From the NCBI GenBank assembly GCA_964016885.1, contig OZ024744.1, forward strand, positions 6,386,001 through 6,450,000: a DNA stretch of 64,000 nt, read 5' to 3'. Positions within the stretch are counted from its first letter, which is position 1; every line of letters begins with the position of its first letter. This document shows positions 14,946 to 27,177 of the stretch, one piece after another. The translations under genes were made by a program, and so were the position numbers. The notes under the pieces were generated by a model. That model was given only the letters and a program-made list of their open reading frames with translations. It made no database searches and was not told the DNA's origin. The stretch comes from Eledone cirrhosa (Eukaryota).

Positions 14946-15043
14946 CATTTTTATTTTATTTATTTATTTATTTCTTCTTGTCTACGTCTCTGCGCATGCG
15001 TTTGCGTGTGTGTATAATGTTTGGTGTGTTTGTGTATGTGGTG

Positions 15044-15092
<49 letters not shown>

Positions 15093-15279
15093 GATGTATG
15101 TATGTATCGACTCGTAATTCATGACGCAGTCGTAGAGCTGCCATATTGAAGTCCGGTATTTCATGTGCATTTTAAACAAGACAGGAACCATCTCCTCTCC
15201 AGATCTGAATACAGCAAATCTCTTCCGGAGAAGGACTTAGAATGAATGAAAGGAAGTGAGAAAGAGATATACAGGAAGA

Positions 15280-15435
15280 ATCGACCCTTGAACTTGACTG
15301 CTGAATTTTTATATCGACTTCGAATGGATGAACGGTAAAGTTGACCTGGGTAGAATTTGAACTCAGAGAGTAGATAGCCAGAAATAACATCGTAAATTAT
15401 TCTAGCCGGTGTTCTAACGACTCTGCCAATTCTCT
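15280..15435 (-). mobile_element. Diverged tRNA-derived SINE (second subfamily; similar copy at about 44650-44810)
   Basis: Plus strand reads GGATGAACGGTAAAGTTGACC...GAATTTGAACTCAG...CTAACGACTCTGCCAATTC. Confidence 0.6.
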
Positions 15436-15675
15436 GCCTCCTATGTCCATAAGTATACGTGCAGGTAAAAGAAAACGAATGGGAAAATCCTTTTACTATT
15501 AAAAGAAATATTTTGTATTTTCTTTTTACGTAGTTTGTTGAGATATGGAATGGCGTCGTTCCAACTAGTTGCATTGGATTGTTTTCATTTTAGTTATTAC
15601 ATCACAGTACTTTACCAGAGGCCTTCTGATTCCGTTATTTCTAGACATTCACAAACCACATACATACGCACACAC

Positions 15676-15712
<37 letters not shown>

Positions 15713-16074
15713 TTATTTATTTTTTTAAATTAATTGAGTTCTTAACACGTGGAATTGATAATAGTTTCAAATAACTAATTAACCCGCGTGTATTAAATAT
15801 TTTACTCTTAATTTGGCCAGATATTTACATTCCCAATTGCCTTTAAAGCGTAACTTTCCGTATTTGCTGCGGTGATGGAATGCGGTTTCTTATTTTGGTA
15901 TCACTTCTGGTTTTAGCCTAAGAAAATATCTATATGCGTGTGTAATTAATACACGCATACATTTATTTTTTTATTTTCAATTGAGTTCTTAACACGTTGG
16001 ATTGATAATGTTTTTTAAAAAACTAATTAACCCGAGTGTATATTATTTTTTTCTTTTCTCGTGTATTGTGGTTG

Positions 16075-16200
16075 TCTCCCCTTCCCGCTTCGTGACGCTA
16101 TGAAACTTCCTCAGTCAAAAGACTGCTGGAATTTCAAATTTGGCGGTCATTCGTTGCGTGAGGGAGCAGCTTAGCAGACACGATTTTTAACTGCGGTAAG
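16075..16200 (+). promoter_or_regulatory. Putative host-gene core promoter and first non-coding exon
   Basis: A CpG-richer non-repetitive patch contains TTTCAAA (CHR-like), TTTGGCGG (E2F-like), TCATTC (Inr-like) and a donor-like CG|GTAAGA at 16195/16196. Confidence 0.3.
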
Positions 16201-16542
16201 AATTTTTTCTTATATCAAAGTTTAATGGGCTTCCACTGAAGATTTATAAGTGCTCACCTAAATATATTCTTACATGAATATATTTTAGGCTTCTACATAA
16301 ACTGGAAATATTCTCCCAATTTGTAGAAAACTTATAATGAAACAATTGTTTGGAAAGAGAGATATATTTTAACTTTAATTATATCTCATAAAATAATACA
16401 ACTGGCTTTCCACAAAATACATATTGTTAGCACCCCAAACACTTAAATTGGGTTATACTAACATATAACCTAATGTTTGTTGAGTGAGATGGTTACCAGT
16501 CGAAGTTTAGCGTTAAGCTATCTCTGTTATTGTATTAAATAT

Positions 16543-16577
<35 letters not shown>

Positions 16578-16823
16578 CATATATATATATATAGATAGAT
16601 AGATAGATTTCTTTATTTACCATAAAGGCATAAAAGGAAGGGACAAATACAAAGGGGGGAGTTTACATATAATCGAGTAAAAAGGGTGTAACATGAAAAT
16701 AATCGAAAATAACCTCAAAAGGGAGGGGACGTGATGGGGGTTGCACACACCCCCGAAAAAGTGTGCAATCCTTTGCCCGGGGAGCACATGGAGAAGGTGC
16801 TCCCCTCTCCTTTACTTCTTTAC

Positions 16824-19800
16824 CTACAGGATGGTATACAGAGAAGGCCCATTTACACGAGCCATTCTCGCTACTATCACCCACCTTTCATAAAACTGCC
16901 TGTGGCCAAGCACCTCTCTCTCCATTCTTATCCTTCTTCCGAAGTGATGTCGGAAGAAGTAGACGAGACTATGGCCAGAGAGGAAGTTGCCTGACCTCAG
17001 ACCTTTCAATCGTGTCCACCAAACAACCTCTTTCAACATGGCTATTACGCTCAGAAAAACCGCCTTTGCTTCCTTTGTGAAGAGGGGAGGCGGTTTGATT
17101 GTCATCACGGACTCGGCGGTCAATTTAATCGGCGCCACCCGCGACAGCAGTCGTTCGGCGTAGCCCCACAGATCAGCCACGCCCGGACATTGCACCAATG
17201 CGTGCGCAACGGTTTCTTCGTGACGCACGCATCTAGGGCAAATCTTTTTTGAGGGATCCCTGCCCGGGCGCCCGTGTCTGTAGAGCCTCTCTCGAACGGG
17301 TAGAGCCCCCCGGTAGCACTGCCAGGCCAGTGACTTCTGGAAGTTGTCCATTGGTCCTGGGCCGAAAGTCCTACCGAACAGGCTGGCCAGTTCATCTTCT
17401 TCCATGTCCAGCGACTCTCCAAGGGTGTCATCGCCCCTGCTAGCCACCAGCCCTCTATAGAATGATGAGGTGGATTCTCCACCGATGGCCTGGCCCGCTT
17501 GCCAGAGAGCCCTGAGCGCCTGAGCACACTCAGTGTGCCAGTCTCCCAGTTTTCCGGATCTTTGCTTGACCCAGGACTGTAGCTCGGTGAGCGAGACGAG
17601 TCTCGGAAAGGCTCGTTTCACGAACGGAGCCCACACCTGTTGACCAGTGAGGAATACCTGTAGGTGCCGTAGCCTTAATGCGTGCCTACGCATCATCAAC
17701 CACGGCATCCCCAGCCCTCCTTTCGAAGGTTGTTGGCAGCAGATGGATCTTCTCACCATAGGAGGGCGCTTCTTCCAAAGAAATTGGAAGAGCATGCGTT
17801 CCATGGTGGTGAGTGTTTCCTTAGGGCAAGGCACGACAGTCAGGCGGTAGTAAGTGACGGACGCTATGTAAATGTTCGCCACCTCCGCCCGGCCTTTTAG
17901 GGACAGCTTACACTTGGACCATTTCTGGGTTAGTGCAAACACCTTGTTCGTAACCTCGTTCCAGTTCTTTTCCACCTGGAGGTCCGGTCCAAACCAGACC
18001 CCAAGCAACTTTACCGGGCCCTCCGTCCAGTGTCCGACGACACCGTCAGGAGGCATCGGTCTGCCTCTCCACGTTCCGAGTTGCAGCCCGATGGATTTTT
18101 CCCGGTTCAGTTTCGCTCCTGACAACCTTTCGTACTCCTCCAGTAAGGTACCGATCGCCTCGATCTCCGAGTCGGTCGATACCATTACTGTTACGTCATC
18201 GGCGTAGGCCGACACCGCTTTGCTCAATCCTGGTTCCAGGGGGATACCCTGCAACAACTCCAACTTCCTCAGTAAAGGCTCGAGAGTCAATACGTACAGA
18301 AGGGAGGAGAGAGGGCACCCCTGTCGAATGGATCGTGTGATTTCGAACGGCTTCGAAAGGTAGCCGTTCACCTTGATCCTAGAACAGATGTGGTTGCTAT
18401 GTAAGGCAGTGATCCAGCCTCTGAAAACAGGACCGAACCCAGCCGCCGCTAGCACCGCATCCAGGTAACCATGGTCGACCATATCGAAGGCCTTAGACTG
18501 ATCCAAGTTGATCAGGGCCCCACCGAAGCCGGGTTTGTTGCCAACCCTCTCTATGATGTATCGCATGAGGTGGAGGTTATCGTGAATGGACCTGGATGGG
18601 ATAGCACATGTCTGCGCATCTCCCACCAGGCCACCCACGACAAGCGCCAACCTCTTTGCTAACACCTTGGCCAAAATCTTTAACTCTGTGTTTAGCAGGG
18701 TTATGGGCCGAACATTATTTATACTATCCCCCTTGTTCTCGTCCTTCCTCACCAGCGTGACTACGCCCTTGGCTACAGAACAAGGAATTCTCCCGTTCTG
18801 CTGCCAATTGCAGTAGACCGCTTCGAGGAGTTCGGAGAAGAAGACCGGCATTGCTAAATAAAGTTCGTAAGGTATACCATCGAGACCTGGAGATTTGCGT
18901 CTGCTGCATTGGCTCAGCGCATCTCCGATCTCATCAGCCGAGATTGGTCCCTCGCAGGACTCTGCCTCTTCGCTCGAGAGACGCGGCAGGCTGTCGAGGT
19001 ATGGACCGAAATCCACGCCCCCGCCCGGACCCTCGCCTCCCCCGAACAATCGGGCAAAGTGCCTTTCAAAGGCCTCGCACATCTGCTTAGCCTCCCGGAT
19101 CACCCGTCCATCTTCGTCTTGCAACGACCGGATGGTGGATCGATTTCCACTCTTAGCTTCTGTCACGCGGGCCCATCCAACGGCTTTGGCCCCCTCATTA
19201 CCTAGAGAACGTATTTTACTTCGAATGACGCAGCCTTCGTGCTTTGCATCGAAAAACTGGTTCAAGGCCGTCCTCGATGCCAGCACTCTGGCCACATCTT
19301 CGCTCTTGATTGCCTCTTCTAATTTACCTGTTAATTCTTTCTCGTTTCTATTCCTATCGGCAGCTAACATCTTGCTATAACTTATTGATTCTGTTCTAAT
19401 CTCTCTTTTCAGAGATGCCCACCATCGGTTGTTGACGATTGCACCCGTCAACCTCTCCTTAACTAATCTGCTAATCCGGTTTCTGTAAGTCTCTTTTGCC
19501 GGTAAAGACAAATTAAGTTTCCAGTAACCGGGACCCTGTCTATGTGTTTTCTCGAGATTGACCACGCAGGTCACTAATTTGTGATCCGTGTAGCCAACCG
19601 TGCGCATTTCTGGACAGCTTAATATGTCCCTATCCTTACTTCTAACTAAGAATCTATCTAAGTACGATCTAGATTGACCACTGTGGTTTCTCCAAGTCCA
19701 GGTAGGCACAGTTGGAAAATCTAGTCGATATCTATCGACCAAGTTAAAACGGTCGAGTAACCCCTTGAGGCTGTTACACCCCCCTCTATTAGGACATGCT

Positions 19801-20258
19801 CCTGCATAGTCCCAACGTGCATCCAGGATGTCATTCCAATCCCCCGCTAGAAGCAGGGAACGCGACGTTCCCAGAAAAGTCTCCAAACGCTGGAAGAAGT
19901 CGGGCCGTTCAGCTCCGAAAGGGGAGTAGACGGCGACCAGTCTCAAGGCCGCACTTTCACTACTGCCAACGTCTAGCACCAACAAACGACCCTCCGGGTC
20001 CGAGTGCACAACCTGTACGGCAAGACCCAGGTGTTTTTGCAGCAGTACAACCCCACCCACACCTCCAGGTTGACAGAGAGATGCATGCACCTCAAAGTCA
20101 TCGAAGGTGGGGGCCACCTGCCGCACGACGCTGATTCGAGTCTCACAGATAACCATTACATTTATACTACATGACCTGAGGTCATTTAGAAGCTTTGCTT
20201 GCTTCCAAGTTGAGCCCAGGCCACGTGCATTCAAACATCCTACTCTTAACACATCCAT
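16824..20258 (-). CDS. Tx1/L1 ORF2: AP endonuclease + reverse transcriptase + C-terminal Cys/His motif, 1144 aa, uninterrupted
   Basis: APE motifs LNARGL, ICET, GDWN, YLDRFL, TDH and GPGYWKLN; RT motifs KSPGLDG, RPITLLN, DQSKAFD, RQGCPLS and AYADD; CPRC...ETVAH...C. Confidence 0.95.
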   Translation of the reverse strand: MDVLRVGCLNARGLGSTWKQAKLLNDLRSCSINVMVICETRISVVRQVAPTFDDFEVHASLCQPGGVGGVVLLQKHLGLAVQVVHSDPEGRLLVLDVGSSESAALRLVAVYSPFGAERPDFFQRLETFLGTSRSLLLAGDWNDILDARWDYAGACPNRGGCNSLKGLLDRFNLVDRYRLDFPTVPTWTWRNHSGQSRSYLDRFLVRSKDRDILSCPEMRTVGYTDHKLVTCVVNLEKTHRQGPGYWKLNLSLPAKETYRNRISRLVKERLTGAIVNNRWWASLKREIRTESISYSKMLAADRNRNEKELTGKLEEAIKSEDVARVLASRTALNQFFDAKHEGCVIRSKIRSLGNEGAKAVGWARVTEAKSGNRSTIRSLQDEDGRVIREAKQMCEAFERHFARLFGGGEGPGGGVDFGPYLDSLPRLSSEEAESCEGPISADEIGDALSQCSRRKSPGLDGIPYELYLAMPVFFSELLEAVYCNWQQNGRIPCSVAKGVVTLVRKDENKGDSINNVRPITLLNTELKILAKVLAKRLALVVGGLVGDAQTCAIPSRSIHDNLHLMRYIIERVGNKPGFGGALINLDQSKAFDMVDHGYLDAVLAAAGFGPVFRGWITALHSNHICSRIKVNGYLSKPFEITRSIRQGCPLSSLLYVLTLEPLLRKLELLQGIPLEPGLSKAVSAYADDVTVMVSTDSEIEAIGTLLEEYERLSGAKLNREKSIGLQLGTWRGRPMPPDGVVGHWTEGPVKLLGVWFGPDLQVEKNWNEVTNKVFALTQKWSKCKLSLKGRAEVANIYIASVTYYRLTVVPCPKETLTTMERMLFQFLWKKRPPMVRRSICCQQPSKGGLGMPWLMMRRHALRLRHLQVFLTGQQVWAPFVKRAFPRLVSLTELQSWVKQRSGKLGDWHTECAQALRALWQAGQAIGGESTSSFYRGLVASRGDDTLGESLDMEEDELASLFGRTFGPGPMDNFQKSLAWQCYRGALPVRERLYRHGRPGRDPSKKICPRCVRHEETVAHALVQCPGVADLWGYAERLLSRVAPIKLTAESVMTIKPPPLFTKEAKAVFLSVIAMLKEVVWWTRLKGLRSGNFLSGHSLVYFFRHHFGRRIRMEREVLGHRQFYERWVIVARMARVNGPSLYTIL

Positions 20259-22189
20259 GTGGGCAGCAGAGCCAAAGGAGAGTGTAGAGACCTACCTTTC
20301 CGCTTCCAGGGGTTCGGGTTGCACGACTTCCATGGGGTCGGGGTGTTGGGTGAAGGGGTGTCTTTTGGTGGTGTGGGGTCGTCAGTGTGTGGTGGGGTTG
20401 GGGTGTTTGGAGTTGTGTTGGGGAGGGGAAGGGGAGGGGGAAAGCTTTTTAGTAGGACGCGGTTTATGGGTTTGACAGAGGGTGGTCCTACGTCCTCCTT
20501 AAAATCCTTTTTTAGTTTTTGGTAGAAGTTCATTGGGATCTTTATTAATTTTAAATGTGGGTAGTTTTCTGACGAAACAAAGTTTACACCTTCGGTTTGT
20601 ACCGAAGGATTATTGTATATGAGTTCATTTAATTTATTATTGTTTCTGTTGATGTAAGTATAGTGTAATGTCTTTTTTTCGGATGGTGTAAGTGTTTCGA
20701 AGAGGGGAGGGGCAGGTTTGGTTTTGTTTGTTGCTGGAGGGGTGTTTCCTGTTTTGTTGGATTGTGTTGAGATTTGGGTGGGGGTTGTTTGTCATTGTGT
20801 GTTTAGCACATGTTTTCTTTTTTTCCTTTTAATCTGTCTGAAGGACTCCGTTTCTTCCTCCGAATTCGTTGGGTTATCTTCAGTGTTGGAGGGAAGAGGT
20901 ATGTTTGCTGGTAATGTTTCCGTGTTGGTTTTCTTTGTGGGTGAGATGGATGTCACTATGTTAGACTGTGTTGTGTGTTGTGTGTGCGGTGGTTGTGTTG
21001 TTTTATTGAGTGAGAGGTTGGGTGGGCCTGTATTTTGTTTTGGGGTAATGTGTTGTGACTGTTTGTGTTGTGGTGGTGTTGTGGTTTTACTGAGGGACGG
21101 GTTGGGTGGGACTGAGTTTTGTTGTTTGTTTATCTGTTGTGGTGGTGGTGGTGGAACTGGTGTTGGTAGCAGGGTTTTCTTTTTGTTGAGTTGGGGACAA
21201 GCGGCCTTCAGGTGCCCTCTCCCTGCACAGATATGGCAGGACGGCCTTCTCCCATCCACGCTAATGTTTATATACCCGTGTTCCTCTAATAGGATTCTGT
21301 CGGGTATTTGGGCGATGCGTTCAGGCTTCATTTTCACTACCAGCTCTATACCTGTTCCACTGAACGCATTGCCTGTGGTTTTCCCAATGGAAATCACGTT
21401 GTCATTCACTGGATCGATGAAGCCAGCTATGAGCCAGCAGTAGTCCACATCTGGCATCATTGCATCCAGCCATATGTGTTGAGTTCTTTTCCCCATATAA
21501 GATGGATAAAAGGTGAAATTTTTCGAACGAATCGGTGACAAAGCACATTTTTTTGCCGCCGATTCGTTCTTCATGATAATTGCTAGGCTTCCATACAGTC
21601 TGTCTTTTCTTATGAAAGTGGTTTCATTAAGTACTTCTGTGAGTACTGTTTTGATATCTGCTTGAGAAGGCTTTTCAGGTTTTTTTGTACTGTTGTTGAT
21701 GGTCCGAAACTTGACCGTTCGGCTTTCAATGTCTTTCGTGAATTCTTGAGGCATTTTTACCGATAAAATACCATTCTCTCCTTCACTTATGTATTGTTTG
21801 GCGTCTGTGATCCTTCGTACCACATCTGAAATATTTTCCGCTATATAAGTCAAAGATTCCTTTGTTTTCTGTGCAAATGAAATCTTGTCGTCTGCTTTGC
21901 TTTCTGATATGGTGTTATTTTCAAATGTTATTTTTGTGTTTGTTGTGTCTTTGTTTGTGTTATTAGTATTGTCATGCAATTTTTCAAATTTTTTTTTTTC
22001 GTTGTTGGAATCCATGTCCAGATTTGTGTTTTCGTCATTTTTTTTCTCCGCAGATTCGTCTGTTTTTATTTTAATTTTTCCTTCCTTCTCTATGACGTTA
22101 GTTGGGAAGGAAGTGGGGACTAAAGCGTGCGAGTTTACAACTCTTACCGCTGTCCCCCCACCACTATTTTCGTTCGCTGCGTTTAACAT
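20246..22189 (-). CDS. Tx1 ORF1 (zinc-knuckle RNA-binding protein) with one in-frame TGA at 20792-20794
   Basis: CHICAGRGHLKAAC knuckle. ORF 20792-22189 and ORF 20246-20533 are in the same frame, and the 86 codons between them contain no stop. Confidence 0.8.
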
Positions 22190-22426
22190 TTCTGTTAGAC
22201 GATTGAAATTTTTTACACAAAATTTTTTAAAACAGGTTTTTCACCTCTAGGAGGGGTAAAGATGGGCTGACCCACCGCCTGACAGTTCAGACGGAGGATC
22301 AAGCTACACAATTGTATCAAAATTAAGTTTGAACTCACAAAATTTCCTCAATAAATTTGAACAAAACTTCTGTGCGAAGTGAATGACATCCACACTGTAG
22401 AACAGACGACAGCTAGATTCGAATAT

Positions 22427-22430
<4 letters not shown>

Positions 22431-22498
<68 letters not shown>
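22431..22498. repeat. (GATA)n microsatellite
   Basis: Read directly from the sequence. Confidence 0.95.
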
Positions 22499-22499
<1 letters not shown>

Positions 22500-22538
22500 T
22501 TGAATTCACAAATCAAAGCTATGTTAAAAAACATTTAT

Positions 22539-22587
22539 CCGCTGACAATTGTTTCTTCCAAACCTAGGCTTGGAGTCTTCGGAGCAA
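22539..22587 (-). ncRNA. Hammerhead motif with U4C core
   Basis: Minus strand: TTGCT-CCGAAGA-CTCCAAGC CTAG GTTTGGAA-GAAA-CAATTG-TC-AGCGG. Confidence 0.6.
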
Positions 22588-23027
22588 TTTTAATGTTTGT
22601 ACATATATAATTTACCTCCTACTCAACGTAAGAGACATACAGATATATATATATATATTGATGTACAGTGTGGAGTTGATGTGACATATATCATATTATA
22701 CTATAATTGTACAGTAATTCAAATTAAGATTAAAATCAAAATTCAAAAACAAGATTAAAAGCATAGGTTGGAATACATGCGACAGATATTACAGATAATA
22801 CAGGAAAATAGTCTAATAATCAAATTAAATAGATAGTATATGCGTTAGTCATATATAGAGGGATGGAACAAGCAAATGTATCATGTATATATGAGTACTG
22901 TGTGGCAGTACTGATGTTCTTACATTGAGCTAATTATCTTACTGGTAATAAGGTAGTAATATATTACTGACCTTTCCTGTTTATAGTTGTTTATAGTTTA
23001 AAATATACATAGCTATAAATAGTATCC

Positions 23028-23072
<45 letters not shown>

Positions 23073-23125
23073 TTATTCCGGGTTGAATCGGAGGTAACCG
23101 CAGTAATTAAGGTACTCAATACAAT

Positions 23126-23174
23126 GGTTCCTGATGATTTCTAAAGAATGAAACAGTTCTAGTCCTGTAGAATC
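23126..23174 (+). ncRNA. Type I hammerhead ribozyme, canonical core, true stem III
   Basis: GGTTC-CTGATGA-TTTC TAAA GAAT-GAAA-CAG TTCTAGTC CTG-TA-GAATC, inside a ~110-bp island between (TA)n tracts. Confidence 0.8.
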
Positions 23175-23177
23175 TCA

Positions 23178-23232
<55 letters not shown>

Positions 23233-23311
23233 ACACATGTGCAACCACGCAGCACTCAAATCTTCTCATATTTATATATATATATATATAATAAACAATA
23301 CAATATAATTA

Positions 23312-23379
23312 CCTCATTACCAGAGGTTTCCCGAATAAGACGAATACGAAAAACGTCCTCATTCGTTCGTCGGACAAGG
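23312..23379 (-). ncRNA. Hammerhead motif (U4C core) in the PLE 3' pLTR
   Basis: Minus strand: CCTTGT-CCGACGA-ACGAATGAGGACG...CGTCTTATTCGG-GAAA-CCTCTGG-TA-ATGAGG. Confidence 0.65.
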
Positions 23380-24035
23380 CAATTTAAAACATAGTGAAAT
23401 ATTTGGAAAGTCTCCTCAAGAACTGGCAAAAATATATAAATAAAAGTAATGCAAGAGATATATAAAAAAATATATATATAAATAAAATTATATAAACAAA
23501 TATAAGGAAATATAGTTAGGGTATGTGTATATGTATGTATATACTCACAAATGCACATATGTGTGTATGTACAAATGCATGTGTATGGTGAAAATGTGTG
23601 CGTAAGTACATATATGAGGGCAAGTATATTTGTGTATATGTGACCACAAATACGTATATAGTAGGAGTTGAAAAAGAAATTGTATGATAATACAGTTGAC
23701 ACGCATCCAGATACAAGTATAAAATACACATACGAGTATTAAAGCACGCGTATAAACACACACACACGCGCGGTCACTTATGCGGAAGATAAAGAGAGAA
23801 AGGAGTGTAATAGTAAAAAGAAGTGTCATTCTCGATATATGTATAAAAATGAAACAATATATGAGAATGAAAACATTTTTTAAATCATAGAGAAAGTAAT
23901 CAATTAACACTAGAGAAAAGAAAACAAACATAGGTACGCACGTACATACACACATATATCTAAAAAAAATATTTATACACACAAATACGTACAGACAAAA
24001 GCGCATGCATGCGTACATACATACACACGAGGCAC

Positions 24036-24107
<72 letters not shown>

Positions 24108-26956
24108 CCCCATATATATCTAATCACACGTATGTACGCGACTATATATATATACACACATATACATACACACCCATACATACATATACATACGCATATA
24201 CATACATTCATCCGCATACACACAAACGTAAAAATAAGAATGTAAAAAACATAGATATAAAAACATAGATATAAAAACACATACACACACACATATATAT
24301 ACGTACGCACGCACACATCCGGAGGCGTTCGTATGCATATACAGAACGTATACACACATAAGCACACTCAGACACATAGATACAGATTATAAATCAGCCA
24401 TATGAGTAAATGAGTACAAATATAAAATCGGCTGTGAAACAACAGAATATATCTGGAGTGGAAAACGCAAGTGACTTAGGTATCTGGTAGTGAAAGAAAA
24501 TGGGGAAGTAAAATGTGGAATGTGAAGATATTAGGTACGTGAATCGAAAAGTGTGTGTGTGTGTGAGAGAGAGGGGGGGGGTTTACTGGTGGATGTGAAG
24601 TAAAAATAAAAATAAAATTAAAAATAAAGTTAAAAATGAAAGTAAATCAGTAAGAGTAGTCTGTAAAGAGGATAATTTAGGGAAAGTGAAGAATAAGAGT
24701 TGATGGAGGATAAGTATCTGAAAGTGAGTTAAATTTATATGAGCTGGAAAGCAAGTGTGATTTCATGTGTGGGCAACTGGTGAAAATTTCTGTTTTTGCA
24801 TTTAGACAGGTTTTTGGTGATTTAAGTTCTGTAAAATCCGATATTTTTCACTTATGCAGAGTGTGCATCTTCTTGTTCCTCTTGCATATTCTTTAGATTG
24901 GTTCAAAATTGACCAATCCAATTTATATTGGATACCTTGGTCTTTCAAATCCCATATTCTGCTAGCCAGAGCTATTGTGAATCTTTTTTCAGGATGTCGG
25001 AAAGATGCGACATGTGAGTAATAACGCGTTTTGAATTTGTCTTGTGTCATATCGTTCGCTGGTGGCTGGTTGCTTGTTGCTGATGGTTGACACTTTAGCC
25101 GCATATACAATGACTTTGGTGTTGCATTTACCTTGTAATGGCCATTCACTTTTCACTCTACAGGAGCAATTTTGATGTTCTCTGGGTGATTTCTTATTGA
25201 TGATATAAGATTTAATAGGGGGACGCAGGAGTAGCTAATTCTGACACAGTTTCTATTGAAGATCTTATAGTATCTATGTGTTCTAGGGAAATGTATATCT
25301 AAGAGCTCTAGGAATTTTTTGCCTACATTAGTTTTAACTGCTAGAGAGTAGGGGGTGGGGGATGGGGTGAACCAGATTCTTTTTTTTTCCTATTATTATG
25401 TTTAAAGGAGTTAGTATTGCTGGGTATGTACTTAATCGGTTCGTTAAATACGCTATTTTGAAGGGCTTTATTATAGTAGAGGGATGCCTTATTGGAAATA
25501 GCTTCTGAGGAAGAGAGGGTGGAGATCCTACGGCTAATATTAGGGATAAGGTTTTTAAAAACTATAGGAGGATGGCAAGAGCCTTTATTTATATATTTTA
25601 AATTTTCATTAGGTTTATGGTATGGTTTATAAGAAGCAGTAGGCAAATATAGGTTTATATCTAGAAAATTAACATTGGAAAGGTTAGTGTCAATAATAAT
25701 TTTAAGATTAAAACTAGCGAAGGTTTTTATTAAGTCTTTCCTTAATCTATCTAAGTTATGGCCTGTAGTAGTATGGGAAAGTATTAGACCATCGTCGCGA
25801 TAAAGCCCAAAAATATGGTTAGGGAATTTTTCTTTAAGTGTGTGTAGGAGGAATAGGCCGACTAAATCACAAACATCAGCACTGTCAAAAGAGCCCATTG
25901 AGACATCGAATGGGTTCTCTGGGTTAGATATTTTTACCCAAGTGTCATTATCAGTAAAGAGTAGAGTGTTTCTAACATGCAAGATGACATTCTCTTCAAT
26001 ATCAGAAATATTGGAAAACTTTCTAGCGAAATTTAAGGCTTTCGCTAAAAGAGTCTGAGTGATCGACGGGTAGAAATCTACAATGTCAAATTGGGTGAAT
26101 CTAGAACTATTTTTATCTTTAATATTATTAAACCAATGTACTACGGAAGAGCTATTTATCCATTGGAGTAATTCAGACTTACTTCTAATCTGTGTGTTTA
26201 TATTATCTAAAATCTTTTTGCTGGGAAGACCGATATCAGTCTTAGCAGAGTTGATTAATCTACAACTAAGACGATTCATAAAGTCAGGTTTGTGATCTTT
26301 AAGGGTGATATATGCATTACGTTTAGCAAGTTTTTCTGTCCTATTATCTATTTTTAAAGAACTAGCTAATTCTTTAGCTTCCTTATTTATATTATTATAC
26401 GTGTTTATATTAGCTATTTGGTATTTAGAGGTGATGCTATCTGTTAAGAGTTGGTCATGTAAATTATTATTAACTTCGTATAAGTTTTTAGTTTTGCGGG
26501 AGAAAATGAACTTATTTTTAGAAGATTTGAATATTGAAATATCATTAGATAGTTTAGATTGAAAAGGGTTAGAGTACTTACGAAAATTGATATTGTTGAT
26601 TAGGTTAACTAGGTCTAGTTCAAAAGCGGTCATATCTTTTACTCTTTGCGGGTATTTATGAGTTTTGATATCAAAATGTTTCGTAGAGTCCGTGTTAAAG
26701 TGTCCATCGAGAATCAAAGCTTTCCATCTCCTTCTTTTAACAACTTTCTCTACTTTGTCTATCAGCATTTTCGTGTAGGAAGTGTTAGAAGGTGTTGGGA
26801 TGTTCTTGATAGAGTAATCCAAAGGATATTTATCCATGCTCAGTATTGGTTTAAAATCCTATTGACTGAAGAGTGCTCGACGTTAAAAGGGCTGGAAGGT
26901 GCCAATCTCATAAAAATGTAGAATATGCTGCGATCATTCCCTTGGGAGGTGTATAA

Positions 26957-27177
26957 GTATTGAAGTTTCCGTTGGAAATTGAAAAAGACATAGGAGTGAA
27001 GAGTGCTCTATGTAAGTACCAGAGCAAAATTTAATGTATAATAAACAATACAATATAATTACCTCATTACCAGAGGTTTTCCGATTGTATTGTTTATTAC
27101 ACATCAAATTTTGCTCTGGTACTTACATAGAGCACTCTTCACTCCTATGTCTTTTTCAATTTCCAACGGAAACTTCA

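Larger units (their letters stand above)
16606..22430 (-). mobile_element. Near full-length Tx1-clade (L1 group) non-LTR retrotransposon
   Basis: ORF1 has a CCHC knuckle and ORF2 has APE-RT-Cys/His domains. AATAAA sits at the 3' end, and (GATA)n lies on both sides. Confidence 0.9.

Noticed and set aside
20792-20794. Selenocysteine codon in Tx1 ORF1
   Set aside because: It lies in a low-complexity region with no Cys-equivalent context, and I identified no SECIS. Kept only as a readthrough or nonsense question.
16731-21538. Plus-strand ORFs overlapping the Tx1 element
   Set aside because: They are antisense shadows of ORF1 and ORF2.
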